In this document: piece after piece, positions 20,478-31,685 of the stretch
Position numbering within the stretch: position 1 is the stretch's first letter
Layout: each line of letters opens with the position of its first letter
From: Thermodesulfobacteriota bacterium
GTDB taxonomy: Bacteria > Desulfobacterota_D > UBA1144 > Nemesobacterales > JAJCZQ01
Assembly: GCA_965215275.1 (NCBI GenBank)
Contig: OZ244044.1
Location: 96,001-160,000 of the forward strand
Direction: 5' to 3'
DNA length: 64,000 bases
Position numbers and translations under genes: made by a program
Notes under the pieces: model-generated
The model's database searches: none
What the model saw: the letters and a program-made list of their open reading frames with translations, nothing else
Told to the model about the DNA's origin: nothing

Positions 20478-23087
20478 ATGGCAATTAATCAAAGATATAA
20501 AAAGAGTGGTTACAAGGTCCTGAAAATAGCAGGGTGGTTTTCTCTGGTCTGTCTTATAGCGTTGACAACTGCTTCGTACTTTGTTTATAAGCACTATTCA
20601 AGGGATCTGCCTGACTTAAAGGACGTAACCAATTACAGACCAACGCTGGTCAATGAAATATATTCCTCGGATGGTCAGCTCGTGGGCAAGTTCGGTCACA
20701 CGAAGAGAAAGTTGGTTGATATTGATCATATTCCAAGATATCTGGTCAATGCGTTCATTGCCGTTGAGGATAGAAGGTTCTTGGAACATAAGGGACTGGA
20801 CACAAGGGCGGTATTGAGGGCGATCGTTCAGAATTTCAGGCGAGGCAACATCGTGGAAGGCGGCAGCACGATAACTCAGCAGGTCGCTAAAAACCTTATA
20901 CTGACCTCTGAAAGGACCTTCACAAGGAAGATCAAAGAAGCAATACTTTCTTACAGAATTGAAAAAAACCTTTCCAAGGACGAGATCCTGTATCTCTATC
21001 TCAATCATATCTATCTTGCCGGTGGAATATATGGGGTGGAAGCGGCAAGCAACAGCTACTTTGGAAAATCAAGTAAGGATATAAACGTTTCCGAAGCCGC
21101 TTTACTTGCCGGAATACCCAGGAGACCTGAGAAATATTCACCGAGAAAAAATTTGGCGGCATCTTTGGAGCGACAGAAACTGGTCCTGAAGATCATGAAA
21201 CAGGAAGGAGTAATTAACGCCCGTCAGTACGAACAGGGTGTGAATTACCCGATCAGAATTGTTGCAAGTCCTTACAAGAGTTACCAGACGGCACCTTATT
21301 TTGTTGAATATGCAAGAAAGTACCTTGAGAATAAAGTAGGAGAAGAAAAATACACACTCGGGGGATACAAGGTAATTACCACCCTTAATGTGGATTTAAA
21401 TTTAGCTGCTGAATGGGCTGTAAAAAGAGGTCTGTATAATTACGAATCCAGGTGGGATAATAACTTTATAATAGACCACCTCGATTCAGCAGAATCCATA
21501 GAGGAGTATCTAACTGGTCAGCAGGAAGCGGATTATAAAGATGAAACGGTAGTGGACGCCGTGGTGACCAAAGTAAGCAAGTGGAATGGTCCGATCAACG
21601 TTGCAAATGTTTCATTTGCTGATTACACGGGTGAGATCAAGTACGTTGTTTACAACAGGAGAAATAACCCGTCTCCTGAAAGTATAGGATTTAATCTTTC
21701 AGACAAACACTTACCAGCAAGTTCATATAAAGGTATTTACATTATTCCGGAAAAGCTCTCAGTCGGGGATGTGATCAGCGTACAGATCAGCAGTTTTAAT
21801 AATGAAGAATATACCGTAAGCATAGAGCCCAGGTTCCAGAACGAAGCACAGGCTGCTCTCATATCGATTGATAAAAGCGGCAGCATAGTTGCAATGGTCG
21901 GAGGAGTTGATTTCAGATATTCCAAACTTAACAGAGCAACACAGGCACTAAGACAGCCGGGTTCAGCTTTCAAGCCTTTGGTCTATTCTGCCGCTCTTGA
22001 TAAAGGTTATACACAAACTTCCATGTTACTGGACATGCCCGTCACGATAGGCGAATGGGAACCGAAAAATTACGACGATGAATACAGAGGTGAACTGCTG
22101 CTGAAAGAAGCATTACTGAATTCAAGGAACCTGGCGTCTGTAAGGTTAATTATGGACATAGACCCGACTTACGCTGCAGATTACAGCAGACAGTTTAAAT
22201 TTGAATCCAGTCTGAACCCGTACCCGTCGCTGGCACTGGGTGGGTCGGAGGTAACGCTTCTGGAAATGACCCGTGCTTACTCTGTTTTTGCAAATGGAGG
22301 GCAATGGATAGAACCAAGGTTCATTTTGAGAATATATGACAGGAACAATCAGATAATAGAAAATAACACGGGTAAGTATTTCGTCGATAAGAAGGAAATA
22401 TTAAAACGAAACAGGCTAAAGCAGCGAAACAGGCTGTTAAAGGAGTTATATGAAAAAAAGGGCAAGTACCTGCCGGAGAGCCTTGTTTCGGACGAGTTGA
22501 TACAGGAGGAGGAATTTACCAGTTTGGATTATGAAAATATTGATTCAAAGAGTGGTTTTTTAGCGGCCAATGAATTTATTGAGCTATTGAGAAAAAGCAG
22601 TCTGACGTTCGACGCAGTCAATGATACTGAAAAGATAATATCAGAGGACACAGCTTATATAGTTACCAATTTGCTTCAGGCCGTTGTTAAAGAAGGAACG
22701 GCTGTCAGAGCTAACTTCTTGAATTCCAAATCGCCCATTGCGGGTAAAACTGGCACATCCAATGATTTCACGGACGCATGGTTTGTTGGTTACAGTCCGG
22801 AACTGGTAACTGGTGTTTGGGTGGGGAACGATAATCACAGTACTTTGGGAGAAGAGGAGTCCGGAGCAAGGGCTGCGTTGCCAATATGGATAAGTTATAT
22901 GAATTCTGCACTTGATAAGTACAAAGCGGAGAGTTTTAAAGTTCCCGAGGGTATAAAGTTCTTTGAAACACAGTATGGTAAGATACCTTACAGTATCGAA
23001 TCATTAATAGAGGAAACCCCGGATAAGATCAATTCCCAAATAACCGTTCCGCCGAATCTATTGCGATTTATTCCCTCGGAGTCGTAG
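20478..23087 (+). CDS. mrcA: Class A penicillin-binding protein 1A
   Basis: Transglycosylase EDRRF, GGSTITQQ, RKIKE; transpeptidase SAFK, SRN, KTG. Confidence 0.92.
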   Translation: MAINQRYKKSGYKVLKIAGWFSLVCLIALTTASYFVYKHYSRDLPDLKDVTNYRPTLVNEIYSSDGQLVGKFGHTKRKLVDIDHIPRYLVNAFIAVEDRRFLEHKGLDTRAVLRAIVQNFRRGNIVEGGSTITQQVAKNLILTSERTFTRKIKEAILSYRIEKNLSKDEILYLYLNHIYLAGGIYGVEAASNSYFGKSSKDINVSEAALLAGIPRRPEKYSPRKNLAASLERQKLVLKIMKQEGVINARQYEQGVNYPIRIVASPYKSYQTAPYFVEYARKYLENKVGEEKYTLGGYKVITTLNVDLNLAAEWAVKRGLYNYESRWDNNFIIDHLDSAESIEEYLTGQQEADYKDETVVDAVVTKVSKWNGPINVANVSFADYTGEIKYVVYNRRNNPSPESIGFNLSDKHLPASSYKGIYIIPEKLSVGDVISVQISSFNNEEYTVSIEPRFQNEAQAALISIDKSGSIVAMVGGVDFRYSKLNRATQALRQPGSAFKPLVYSAALDKGYTQTSMLLDMPVTIGEWEPKNYDDEYRGELLLKEALLNSRNLASVRLIMDIDPTYAADYSRQFKFESSLNPYPSLALGGSEVTLLEMTRAYSVFANGGQWIEPRFILRIYDRNNQIIENNTGKYFVDKKEILKRNRLKQRNRLLKELYEKKGKYLPESLVSDELIQEEEFTSLDYENIDSKSGFLAANEFIELLRKSSLTFDAVNDTEKIISEDTAYIVTNLLQAVVKEGTAVRANFLNSKSPIAGKTGTSNDFTDAWFVGYSPELVTGVWVGNDNHSTLGEEESGARAALPIWISYMNSALDKYKAESFKVPEGIKFFETQYGKIPYSIESLIEETPDKINSQITVPPNLLRFIPSES

Positions 23088-23159
23088 CTTTGATCGTTGA
23101 AAGCCTGTAAACCTGAAAGGTACGATCAGCCACTGCGGGATCGGAAAGCAGCCAAAAGG

Positions 23160-24449
23160 TTACAGTTTATCTTTTATTTTTTCTTCCAGCTGATCTCTGT
23201 ACTCATCTATGTCTATATTGATCCTTGCAGCACCAGTGTCTATTGCAGCCTGTGCAACTGCAACTGATTCCCATACCAGTACCCTGGGATCAAATGGTTT
23301 TGGCACTATGTAATCAGGACCGTATTCAAAGGTCTCTTTACCATAGGCCTTTGTCACACTTGAAGGAACTGGTTCTTTAGCCAGAGATGCAAGGGACCTT
23401 GCGGCAGCAACTTTCATTTCTTCATTTATTTCCTTTGCCCTGACATCAAGTGCACCTCTGAAAATGAACGGAAATCCCAGAACATTATTTACCTGATTAG
23501 GATAATCGGACCTTCCCGTTGCCATAATGATGTCCTTTCTGGCATCTTTAGCGTCTGGGTAGGTGATCTCAGGATCGGGGTTTGCCATAGCAAAGATTAT
23601 TGGATTATCGGCCATGGTCCTTACCATGTCTTTGCTTATTGCTCCACCGTTTGAAAGTCCCACGAACACGTCTGTACCTTTCAAGGCGTCCTCAATGGTC
23701 CTGCACGACGTTTCAGATATAAATCTTTCCTTCTGAGGGTTCAGTCCTTCCTTTCTGCCTTTGTATATAACCCCTCTGCTGTCGCACATGATCATTTTGT
23801 CCCTGTTTGCTCCAAGCAGGATGAAGAACTCGGCACAGGCGATTGCGGATGCACCTGCGCCGTTAAAGGCGAACCTTATATCACCGATGTCCTTGCCCAC
23901 GAGTTCACATGCGTTCAGCAGACCTGCACCGGATATTATTGCAGTTCCGTGCTGATCATCGTGGAATACGGGAATATCCATCTCTTCTTTTAACTTTTCC
24001 TCTATGTAAAAGCATTCGGGTGCTTTTATATCTTCCAGGTTTATACCACCGAAAGTAGGTTCAAGGTACTTAACGGTCTTTATCAGTTCATCAGGATCAG
24101 TGGTGTTTATTTCAATGTCATAGGCGTCCACGTCGGCAAATTTCTTGAACAGGATGCTTTTTCCTTCCATAACGGGTTTTCCCGCGATCGCGCCTATATT
24201 GCCCAGTCCTAATACGGCCGTACCATTTGAAACGACTGCAACTAAATTACCCTTATTTGTATATTCAAATGCTGAATTCTCGTCCTTGCTTATCTCAATG
24301 CACGGTTCTGCCACGCCAGGAGAGTAAGCCAGTGATAAATCCCATGCTGTGTCACAAGGTTTGGTGGGTACGACTTCAAGCTTACCCTTCCTTTCCCTTC
24401 TGTGGTATTCAAGAGCAGCTTGTTTTAGTTCGTTTTGACTATCGCTCAT
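23160..24449 (-). CDS. NAD(P)-dependent malic enzyme (MaeB-type ME domain only)
   Basis: [38 protein letters not shown]. Confidence 0.92.
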   Translation of the reverse strand: MSDSQNELKQAALEYHRRERKGKLEVVPTKPCDTAWDLSLAYSPGVAEPCIEISKDENSAFEYTNKGNLVAVVSNGTAVLGLGNIGAIAGKPVMEGKSILFKKFADVDAYDIEINTTDPDELIKTVKYLEPTFGGINLEDIKAPECFYIEEKLKEEMDIPVFHDDQHGTAIISGAGLLNACELVGKDIGDIRFAFNGAGASAIACAEFFILLGANRDKMIMCDSRGVIYKGRKEGLNPQKERFISETSCRTIEDALKGTDVFVGLSNGGAISKDMVRTMADNPIIFAMANPDPEITYPDAKDARKDIIMATGRSDYPNQVNNVLGFPFIFRGALDVRAKEINEEMKVAAARSLASLAKEPVPSSVTKAYGKETFEYGPDYIVPKPFDPRVLVWESVAVAQAAIDTGAARINIDIDEYRDQLEEKIKDKL

Positions 24450-24672
24450 AAAAAGGACCTCCGTTAAGATTTGTTACAAGCATTATCTGTAAGTTTGTTT
24501 ATATACTCCACTAATTTTAACTGCAATAATTGTTTTTTCACATTCACGACCGATATTAAAATAAAGGCGTCAGTTTTCCCATTTACGAATTTTAAAGAAA
24601 TTAGTATAAAAACTCTTTGATTAGTAGTCAAATAAGCTGTTTAAAATAAACGTTAATATCAATTCCTTAACT

Positions 24673-25431
24673 TCAGAATCTCTGCCAGAAATTTATTCCA
24701 AATATATCAAGTACTTTCTGCCCGTAAATGTTTAAATAGAAAACTTTATTTGAAAGCATCAGCAGTCCAACCGATACAAGAGTAATTCCTACTACGTATT
24801 TGTAATATATATAGTGCTTTTTGATGAACTTAAATGTAGTCAGGGCTTTGCTGAAGGCGACCCCGGTTATAATGAAGGGAGTTCCGAGACCGAGGGAGTA
24901 GATCAACAGGAGCTGACCTCCTTTTAGTGCACTGGCTTCCGTGCTGGCATAGATCAGTATCGTGGCGAGTATGGGACCGATACAGGGCGTCCATGCAAAG
25001 CCGAATAATGCCCCGAATAAAAAAATACCCAGAAGGCCAAGGGGATCATTTTGAACGTTAATTCTTTTTTCTCCAAGGAGTTGAGGGATCTTTATGATCC
25101 CCGTGGTGAATAATCCAAGCAGTATTATGGTAATACCTGAAATGCTCAGCAGCACTTCCTTGTGCGTTCTCAGGACCTGTCCGATCAGTGAAGCTGAAAC
25201 TCCAAGAGAGACAAAAACAGTGGTGAAACCCAGTCCAAAGAGGACCGTTGGGAACAGTATACCGGTTATTTTGTTCGTTTTTTTGCGGTCTGATGACAGT
25301 TCATCGTACGACAGCTTTGTAACTAAAGAGAGGTAGCCGGGGATCAGAGGCAGTACACAGGGGGACAGAAAAGATATTAACCCTGCTAAAAATGCAGCTA
25401 TTATACTTACTTCGGCAACGGGTGTGTTCAT
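24673..25431 (-). CDS. ccdA: Cytochrome c biogenesis protein CcdA
   Basis: SFLSPCVLPLIP and FAWTPCIGPIL; multiple TM helices. Confidence 0.92.
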   Translation of the reverse strand: MNTPVAEVSIIAAFLAGLISFLSPCVLPLIPGYLSLVTKLSYDELSSDRKKTNKITGILFPTVLFGLGFTTVFVSLGVSASLIGQVLRTHKEVLLSISGITIILLGLFTTGIIKIPQLLGEKRINVQNDPLGLLGIFLFGALFGFAWTPCIGPILATILIYASTEASALKGGQLLLIYSLGLGTPFIITGVAFSKALTTFKFIKKHYIYYKYVVGITLVSVGLLMLSNKVFYLNIYGQKVLDIFGINFWQRF

Positions 25432-25931
25432 TACAGGATCCCTTCCAGTTTGTTCTTAAATACCTTCTCGTCCGATCTGCCGCGAAAAGGCCCGTACCTT
25501 ATATAGTGTATTTCTCCCTTTCTGTTTATAAAATAAGTTACAGGTAAGGCAAAAATACCGTAAGACGTTGAGACCTCACCACCGGTGTCAGATAAGTTAA
25601 TGTAGCTTATATTGAGCTTTTGTAACGTGTCCAGAGCCTCTTGCTTTTTATCCAGAACGTTTATCCCTACCAGGACCAGTTCACGATCTTTATATTTTTT
25701 CCATGATGATTCAAAAAACGGCATTTCTTCTTTACACGGCGTACACCATGAAGCCCAGAAGTTCAAGATCAGCGGTTTGCCTTTAAAGTTTTCGAGTTCG
25801 TAAGATCTGTCGTTAGTCAGGCTTTTCAATCTGAAGTCCTTCAGGGTATTAGCAGTGGGTCTGCCATCACGGCCGCATGCCACCGTTAGCGAGAGAATTA
25901 ATATACAGAGTATTGATCTTGTTACTTTCAT
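25431..25931 (-). CDS. TlpA-family disulfide reductase (lipoprotein)
   Basis: Lipobox-like LTVAC; NFWASWCTPCKEE. Confidence 0.88.
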   Translation of the reverse strand: MKVTRSILCILILSLTVACGRDGRPTANTLKDFRLKSLTNDRSYELENFKGKPLILNFWASWCTPCKEEMPFFESSWKKYKDRELVLVGINVLDKKQEALDTLQKLNISYINLSDTGGEVSTSYGIFALPVTYFINRKGEIHYIRYGPFRGRSDEKVFKNKLEGIL

Positions 25932-25944
25932 TTTTGCTGAGCTT

Positions 25945-26580
25945 TTAATCTTGCAGTGGGTATTTTTTAAGCAGTTTCATTACGTTATTATCTATATCAC
26001 TGACGTCGTCAACGTCGTTTAACTTCTTGAGAACTGCACACCTTATGTTCAGAGAATTGATCTTTTTTATCGTTTCGTCAAATACTGAATCAGAGCTCCA
26101 CGGGATATCCTCAAATATATATGGAAAGTTCTTATATCTCAGCCCGATCAGATAATAACCACCATCGTACGTGGGACCGATAACGCAGTCTGAACCTTTA
26201 TCAAGATGAGCAAAAGCCGTTCTTATGATCTTATGGTCCAGTTCAATGCAATCCGAACCTATAACGATGGTATTCTGAAATCCGTTTGAAAAGGAACGGT
26301 CAAAGGAATTAGATATCCTTTCTCCAAGCGTTTTGCCACTTTGTGGAAAATGATCGATCCCGTCTTTGCTGATCCATTTTTTTATAAGGTTTTCTTTGTT
26401 GCGTGGGGTAAAAGCGATCGAGATCTTGAAATTATCCGAGGTAGCTATTTTGTTTATGATGTGATACACGAGCGAAGAGTACAGGTTTGCCGCTTTTTCA
26501 TCGCCGATTACCCTGGCAATCCTGGTTTTTACCTTTCCGGGATCGGGGTATTTAACAAAAACTATCAGATTGTTGTCCAT
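25945..26580 (-). CDS. TIGR04282/DUF2064-type arsenosugar-biosynthesis glycosyltransferase
   Basis: FVKYPDPGKVKTR, QSGKTLGER, IGSDC, GPTYDGGYYLIG, IPWS. Confidence 0.85.
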   Translation of the reverse strand: MDNNLIVFVKYPDPGKVKTRIARVIGDEKAANLYSSLVYHIINKIATSDNFKISIAFTPRNKENLIKKWISKDGIDHFPQSGKTLGERISNSFDRSFSNGFQNTIVIGSDCIELDHKIIRTAFAHLDKGSDCVIGPTYDGGYYLIGLRYKNFPYIFEDIPWSSDSVFDETIKKINSLNIRCAVLKKLNDVDDVSDIDNNVMKLLKKYPLQD

Positions 26581-26588
26581 CTGATACT

Positions 26589-27590
26589 TCAGGTGATAGA
26601 ACCACCACAGCTGCTTCCCGGTCCTGCGGTACAGCCAAAGCAGTGTGAGGCGAATTTGATCTTTCTCTTTAAGAACTTGTTCAGGTCTAAGTTATATATA
26701 GTTAGGGGCTGATCTCCTGCGTGAGTCTGCATATTGAGCATCTGGTTAAAATCACAGTCGTATACTTTCCCGTCATAACCTACGCTTATCATGTTCCTGC
26801 ACATGATGCCTTCGGCGGCAACGGGATTGAACGCATCCATCAGTTTATTCATATAATCTTCATAGGCTCCGAGCGTCTGGAGTTGATCTTTGAACCTGTT
26901 TATCGGCATATTGACGATCGTAAACAGATTATTGAACTTTATACCGTATTTACTTTCAAGCTCTCTTCTGAAATCTTTTTCAAGATCGTTTTGATCGGCT
27001 GGTAAAAATGCTCCTACCGGGTTATAAACAAAATTCAGGACCAGACCCGTCTTCTCGACCCCATAACCCAGTTTGTTGAGCATGGAGATGGATTCTATGC
27101 TTTTTTCAAATACCCCTTTACCTCTCTGTTTATCTGTAAAATACTCCTGATAGTAAGGAAGCGAGGCAATTACCTCAACTCTGTTCTCAGCGAAGAATTC
27201 AGGGATGTAGGCCTTGTTCTCCCCTGTCACGGGATTACCATCTATGGTTACTGTAAGGTTGTGGCGCACCATAACGTGCTTGTTCAGCTTTCTGGCTTCA
27301 GTAACAAAATAGTCAAAGTGCGGGTTCAGTTCCGGTGCTCCCCCCGTGAGGTCAAGGTTTTTTATACATTCGTTGTTCTTCAGAACCTGCAGACATTTAT
27401 TGACTGATCCAATGCTGATCTGTTCCGTTCTCTTAGGTGATGAGTCAACGTGGCAGTGAACACAGGCCTGATTACACAGCTTTGTAACGTTAACCTGAAG
27501 AGTGGTTACAGAGAGAGGTGAGAGGTCGAGGGAACCGTTCTTAATAAATCTGTGGAAATCATACTTGCTGTCTCTAAGATGTTCTGACAT
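26589..27590 (-). CDS. arsS: Arsenosugar biosynthesis radical SAM protein ArsS
   Basis: CNQACVHC (CxxxCxxC), DLTGGAPELNP, YDCDFNQML, HCFGCTAGPGSSCGG. Confidence 0.9.
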   Translation of the reverse strand: MSEHLRDSKYDFHRFIKNGSLDLSPLSVTTLQVNVTKLCNQACVHCHVDSSPKRTEQISIGSVNKCLQVLKNNECIKNLDLTGGAPELNPHFDYFVTEARKLNKHVMVRHNLTVTIDGNPVTGENKAYIPEFFAENRVEVIASLPYYQEYFTDKQRGKGVFEKSIESISMLNKLGYGVEKTGLVLNFVYNPVGAFLPADQNDLEKDFRRELESKYGIKFNNLFTIVNMPINRFKDQLQTLGAYEDYMNKLMDAFNPVAAEGIMCRNMISVGYDGKVYDCDFNQMLNMQTHAGDQPLTIYNLDLNKFLKRKIKFASHCFGCTAGPGSSCGGSIT

Positions 27591-27608
27591 AGGTCTGGTC
27601 TGTTTTAT

Positions 27609-27944
27609 TTATAAAGCCCCGTGCTTTTTCATAGTGTTGTGCATCTGGACGGCATGTATCAGTTTGATGCCGGCTTCAAGTGACGCTGCCACGTGAACCG
27701 CCTCGGTCATCTGCTCGGGATTTGCTCCTGATTCCAGGCACTGGGTCGTATATGCATCAATGCAGTAGGGGCACTGGCGAGAATGTGATATTGCCAGGGC
27801 GATCAAGGCCTTTTCCCTCCTGGTCAATGCTCCATCCGTGTTGATTGACGCGTTGTAATACTCAAAGAACTTATCCATGAGCTCTTTACTGAATCCGCCT
27901 ATTTCTGAAAATCTTTTAAGGTCGTCCGAATCGTAATAGTTCAT
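27609..27944 (-). CDS. Arsenosugar-biosynthesis-associated peroxidase-like protein (AhpD/CMD family)
   Basis: GALTRREKALIALA, QCPYCIDAY, EAVHVAA; adjacent to arsS. Confidence 0.85.
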   Translation of the reverse strand: MNYYDSDDLKRFSEIGGFSKELMDKFFEYYNASINTDGALTRREKALIALAISHSRQCPYCIDAYTTQCLESGANPEQMTEAVHVAASLEAGIKLIHAVQMHNTMKKHGAL

Positions 27945-28076
27945 TGTTTTTTCCCTGCTGCTGAGATCCTCCAGATCCTGTTATGAAAAGGAGGTATTAC
28001 CTCAATGACATTTTCTGAATATAATATCTTTATTCGTTTATCAATTCAATTGAAAAGGAGTCGATCAAGGCAGGTC

Positions 28077-28757
28077 ATGCTGAAGGCAATTATATTTGAT
28101 TTTGACGGCGTTATAGCTGATACGGAACCGGTACATCTTGAAGCGTTTAAGAGTATACTCAAAGATATTGATATATCCCTGTCTGATGAAGATTATTATA
28201 ACAAGTACCTGGCTTATGATGACAGAACGTTGTTCACGGAAGTTTTAAAGCTCTCTGACAGGGGTTCTGACGATGTTTTAATACAGGACCTAATTCACAG
28301 GAAAAAAGACCTTGTAACCCGCGTGTTCAATGAACGGGTCGTCCTTTTTCCAGGTTTTTTAAGCTATTTAGAGAAAATAAAGGGCAGATACCTTCTTGCT
28401 GTTGGTTCAGGGGCGTTGAAGTCCGAGATCACACTGGTTCTGGAAAAGTTTGGTATAGAAGGGGACTTTCACGTTATAACTGCTGCCGATAACGTTGTTA
28501 ACTGCAAGCCGGACCCTGAAGTATTTCTGACCTGTTTAAGATCCCTGAATAAAATAAGCCAGGGCGGTATTTTACCGGAGGAATGCCTGGTATTTGAAGA
28601 TTCAATATCCGGAATAAAGGCCGCAAGATCGGCAGATATGAAATGTGTTGCAATCAGCAACAGTTATGATGAAAGACTTCTATGTGAAGCGGACGTTGTC
28701 GTAAGCGGCTTTGAAGAGTTGAACATGAGAGATATAGAGGTTCTTTTTGATCGATAG
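28077..28757 (+). CDS. HAD-family phosphatase
   Basis: IIFDFDGVIADTE, KPDPE, VFEDS; ATG 28077 preferred over 28005. Confidence 0.9.
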   Translation: MLKAIIFDFDGVIADTEPVHLEAFKSILKDIDISLSDEDYYNKYLAYDDRTLFTEVLKLSDRGSDDVLIQDLIHRKKDLVTRVFNERVVLFPGFLSYLEKIKGRYLLAVGSGALKSEITLVLEKFGIEGDFHVITAADNVVNCKPDPEVFLTCLRSLNKISQGGILPEECLVFEDSISGIKAARSADMKCVAISNSYDERLLCEADVVVSGFEELNMRDIEVLFDR

Positions 28758-28843
28758 TCAGTTAAGATGAAAAGTTCTCGTTTTACAAGTAGGTTATGTA
28801 AAATATTTTTAAAACCAAACCACAAGGCAGATACTCGGTCGTT

Positions 28844-29407
28844 ATGAAAAAAGGTAACTTGTTCGTATTTTCCGGTCCTTCGGGAAGTGGTAAGACCACT
28901 CTGGCTAAAAAGATAGCCAGCCAGTCTGATGATATAGTCTTTGTAATATCCTACACGACCCGTGTCAAAAGGGATGGAGAGGTGGACGGTAAGGATTATC
29001 ACTTTGTAACGATGCAGGAATTTAGGAAAATGTTGAGAAACAAAGAGTTTGCAGAGTGGGCAGAGGTATTTGGAAACCACTACGGAACACCTCTGAACGA
29101 GGTAAACGACCATCTGAACGGCGGAAAGGACGTTCTGCTTGAAATTGACGTCGAGGGTGCAAGGCAGATCAAAGAGAAGTTTGACCATTCAGTACATATT
29201 TTTATCCTTGCTCCTGATATGAAGGAATTAGAGAAAAGGCTTGTAGATAGAAATACCGATAAAAGTTCAGAGATAAAGAACAGATTGAGCTTAGCAGATA
29301 AAGAGATGATCAAAGGAAAGGGTTATGACCATACCGTTATAAACGACGAGCTTGACCGGTCACTGGCTGAAATAAAAAAGATCATAGAGATAGAGAAAAA
29401 TAAATAA
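28844..29407 (+). CDS. gmk: Guanylate kinase
   Basis: SGPSGSGKTT, SYTTR, GEVDGKDYHF, YGT, EIDVEGA. Confidence 0.96.
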   Translation: MKKGNLFVFSGPSGSGKTTLAKKIASQSDDIVFVISYTTRVKRDGEVDGKDYHFVTMQEFRKMLRNKEFAEWAEVFGNHYGTPLNEVNDHLNGGKDVLLEIDVEGARQIKEKFDHSVHIFILAPDMKELEKRLVDRNTDKSSEIKNRLSLADKEMIKGKGYDHTVINDELDRSLAEIKKIIEIEKNK

Positions 29408-29462
29408 TAATTATAGATAAATACAGTATATATCTATAAATTACTTTAGGTTTGCTGGAACT

Positions 29463-31619
29463 ATGATAAGACTAAACGATATAATAGACAAGGTTTCATC
29501 GTACAGTACCTTATCAGAAGGCGACATAGATCTGATCAACCGGGCATACGTATATTCTGCTAAAGTACATGCGGGTCAGAAGAGAGCTTCGGGTGAACCT
29601 TATTTGAGCCATCCTTTGGAAGTTTCATCTATATTAGCTGATATAAAACTCGATGTTCCGACGATCGCCACAGGGCTGCTTCACGACACGGTGGAAGATA
29701 CCCTTGCCACTCTTGATGAGATTGAAAAGCTTTTCGGCAGCGACGTTGCGTTCCTTGTTGACAGTACGACCAAGATCAGCAGGTTAAATTACGTTTCCCG
29801 TCTTAACGATCAGGCGGAAAATATCAGAAAGCTCTTTCTCGCAATGGCAAAGGATATAAGGGTTATTCTGATAAAACTTGCCGACCGTCTGCATAATATG
29901 AGAACCATTAAGTATCTGGATAAAAACAGGATAATGAAGGTTTCAGAGGAAACCATAACCATATATGCCCCACTTGCACATCGGCTCGGTATTAACTGGA
30001 TGTACACGGAACTTGAAGACCTGTCGTTCAAATGCCTTAATCCTTATGATTACAGAAAGGTACACAGATATGTTTCGAGCAAGAAGAAAGAGTGGGAGAA
30101 CTACCTGAACGAAGTTAAATCAAAGTTGACCGATAAGTTGAGCGAGGGGCAGATAAAGGCGGAAGTTACGGGAAGGTTCAAACATAATTACGGGATTTAT
30201 GCAAAGATGAAAATACAGAGCCTTGAGATAGATAAAGTGCACGACATACTTGCTTTCAGGGTTATTACGAACGATGAGTACGACTGTTACAAGACCCTGG
30301 GATTAATACACGGCATCTGGAAGCCGGTGCCCGGAAGGTTCAAGGATTATGTGGCCCTGCCAAAGCCCAACGGGTACCAGGCTCTGCACACCACGGTACT
30401 GGGACCATTGAACGAGCAGGTGGAAATTCAGATAAAGACAAAAAGCATGCACGAGTATGCAGAGTATGGATTTGCATCGCACTGGAGATACAAGGAAAAG
30501 GTGAACGGGAATGCAGATCAGGATATGTACGCGTCTCTTAAAAAGATCATGGAGCATAAGGATATAGAGGACCCTATTGAATTTATGGAAGCTATCAGAG
30601 GTGAACTTATATCTGAGGTAATTTACGTTTTTACTCCCAAGAGTAAACTTATTGAACTGCCAAAAGGTGCAACGCCCGTGGATTTTGCATACGCTATTCA
30701 TTCTGAAGTTGGCGATTTTTGCAGCCGGGCCTTCGTGAACCGAAAACCTGCTGAACTGAACCACGAGTTAAAAACGGGTGACACGGTGAGGATCATAACT
30801 AATAAAGACCAGCATCCGGACCCTGAATGGAACTCGTTCGTGGTAAGTTCCAAGGCCAAGACAAAGATAAGGTCCTGGTTGAGAAAAGAGGAGAACAGAA
30901 AGTCCGAAGAAAGTGGAAAAACCATAATTGAAAGAAAGCTGAAGAAGTACGGTATACAGCTCAGTGAAATGATAAAGGATCAAAGCTGCCTGGACAGGTC
31001 GTTGAAAACCCTGGGACTGAAAGATATGAAAGAAGTGTACAGAGCCGTGGGGTTTGGGAATATTTCAGCTGATAGGGTAATTGAGGTCATATATCCGGAT
31101 ATTAACCTTGATTCACGGGAAAGAAAATCCAGGATTCATGATATTTTTCAGAATATAAGTAAGATCCAGTTCAGGAACGCCGTGACCATAAAGGGTTTTG
31201 ACAAGGTGATGGTCAGGTTTGCCAAGTGTTGTTCTCCGCTCCCTGAAGAACTGGTCTCTGGTTTTATAACAAGAGGAAAGGGCGTGGCAGTACACAGGCA
31301 CGATTGCTCTTACCTGCTTGACGTGGATCCTCAGAGACGAATAGACGTGCAGTGGAACGAAGAGTTTACCGGACAAATGCCCGTGAGGGTTTCGGTGGTG
31401 TATGCGGATGTACCGCAAAAACTGGCAAGAATAAAGCGGGTACTGCTGAGATCAGGTGCAAAGGTCATGAACGTGGAAAGTCACAAATTTGAAGTAGAAA
31501 AGATCAAAAGCGTTATGGAGATATTGGTGGAGAACGTGGATCATTTCAATTCCATAGTGGATTCTTTAAAAAAACTGAAAGACATAATAGTCGTGGAGAG
31601 GGTTTTAAAGAGGGTTTGA
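29463..31619 (+). CDS. spoT: Bifunctional (p)ppGpp synthetase/hydrolase
   Basis: LLHDTVEDT (HD), PKPNGYQALHT, TGS domain (ATPVDFAYAIH), CCSP. Confidence 0.93.
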   Translation: MIRLNDIIDKVSSYSTLSEGDIDLINRAYVYSAKVHAGQKRASGEPYLSHPLEVSSILADIKLDVPTIATGLLHDTVEDTLATLDEIEKLFGSDVAFLVDSTTKISRLNYVSRLNDQAENIRKLFLAMAKDIRVILIKLADRLHNMRTIKYLDKNRIMKVSEETITIYAPLAHRLGINWMYTELEDLSFKCLNPYDYRKVHRYVSSKKKEWENYLNEVKSKLTDKLSEGQIKAEVTGRFKHNYGIYAKMKIQSLEIDKVHDILAFRVITNDEYDCYKTLGLIHGIWKPVPGRFKDYVALPKPNGYQALHTTVLGPLNEQVEIQIKTKSMHEYAEYGFASHWRYKEKVNGNADQDMYASLKKIMEHKDIEDPIEFMEAIRGELISEVIYVFTPKSKLIELPKGATPVDFAYAIHSEVGDFCSRAFVNRKPAELNHELKTGDTVRIITNKDQHPDPEWNSFVVSSKAKTKIRSWLRKEENRKSEESGKTIIERKLKKYGIQLSEMIKDQSCLDRSLKTLGLKDMKEVYRAVGFGNISADRVIEVIYPDINLDSRERKSRIHDIFQNISKIQFRNAVTIKGFDKVMVRFAKCCSPLPEELVSGFITRGKGVAVHRHDCSYLLDVDPQRRIDVQWNEEFTGQMPVRVSVVYADVPQKLARIKRVLLRSGAKVMNVESHKFEVEKIKSVMEILVENVDHFNSIVDSLKKLKDIIVVERVLKRV

Positions 31620-31685
31620 CGACCTTGACCTCTACTTGACCTCTATTGAAACAAAATTAATTCGGTATATAATCAACATTCCGAT

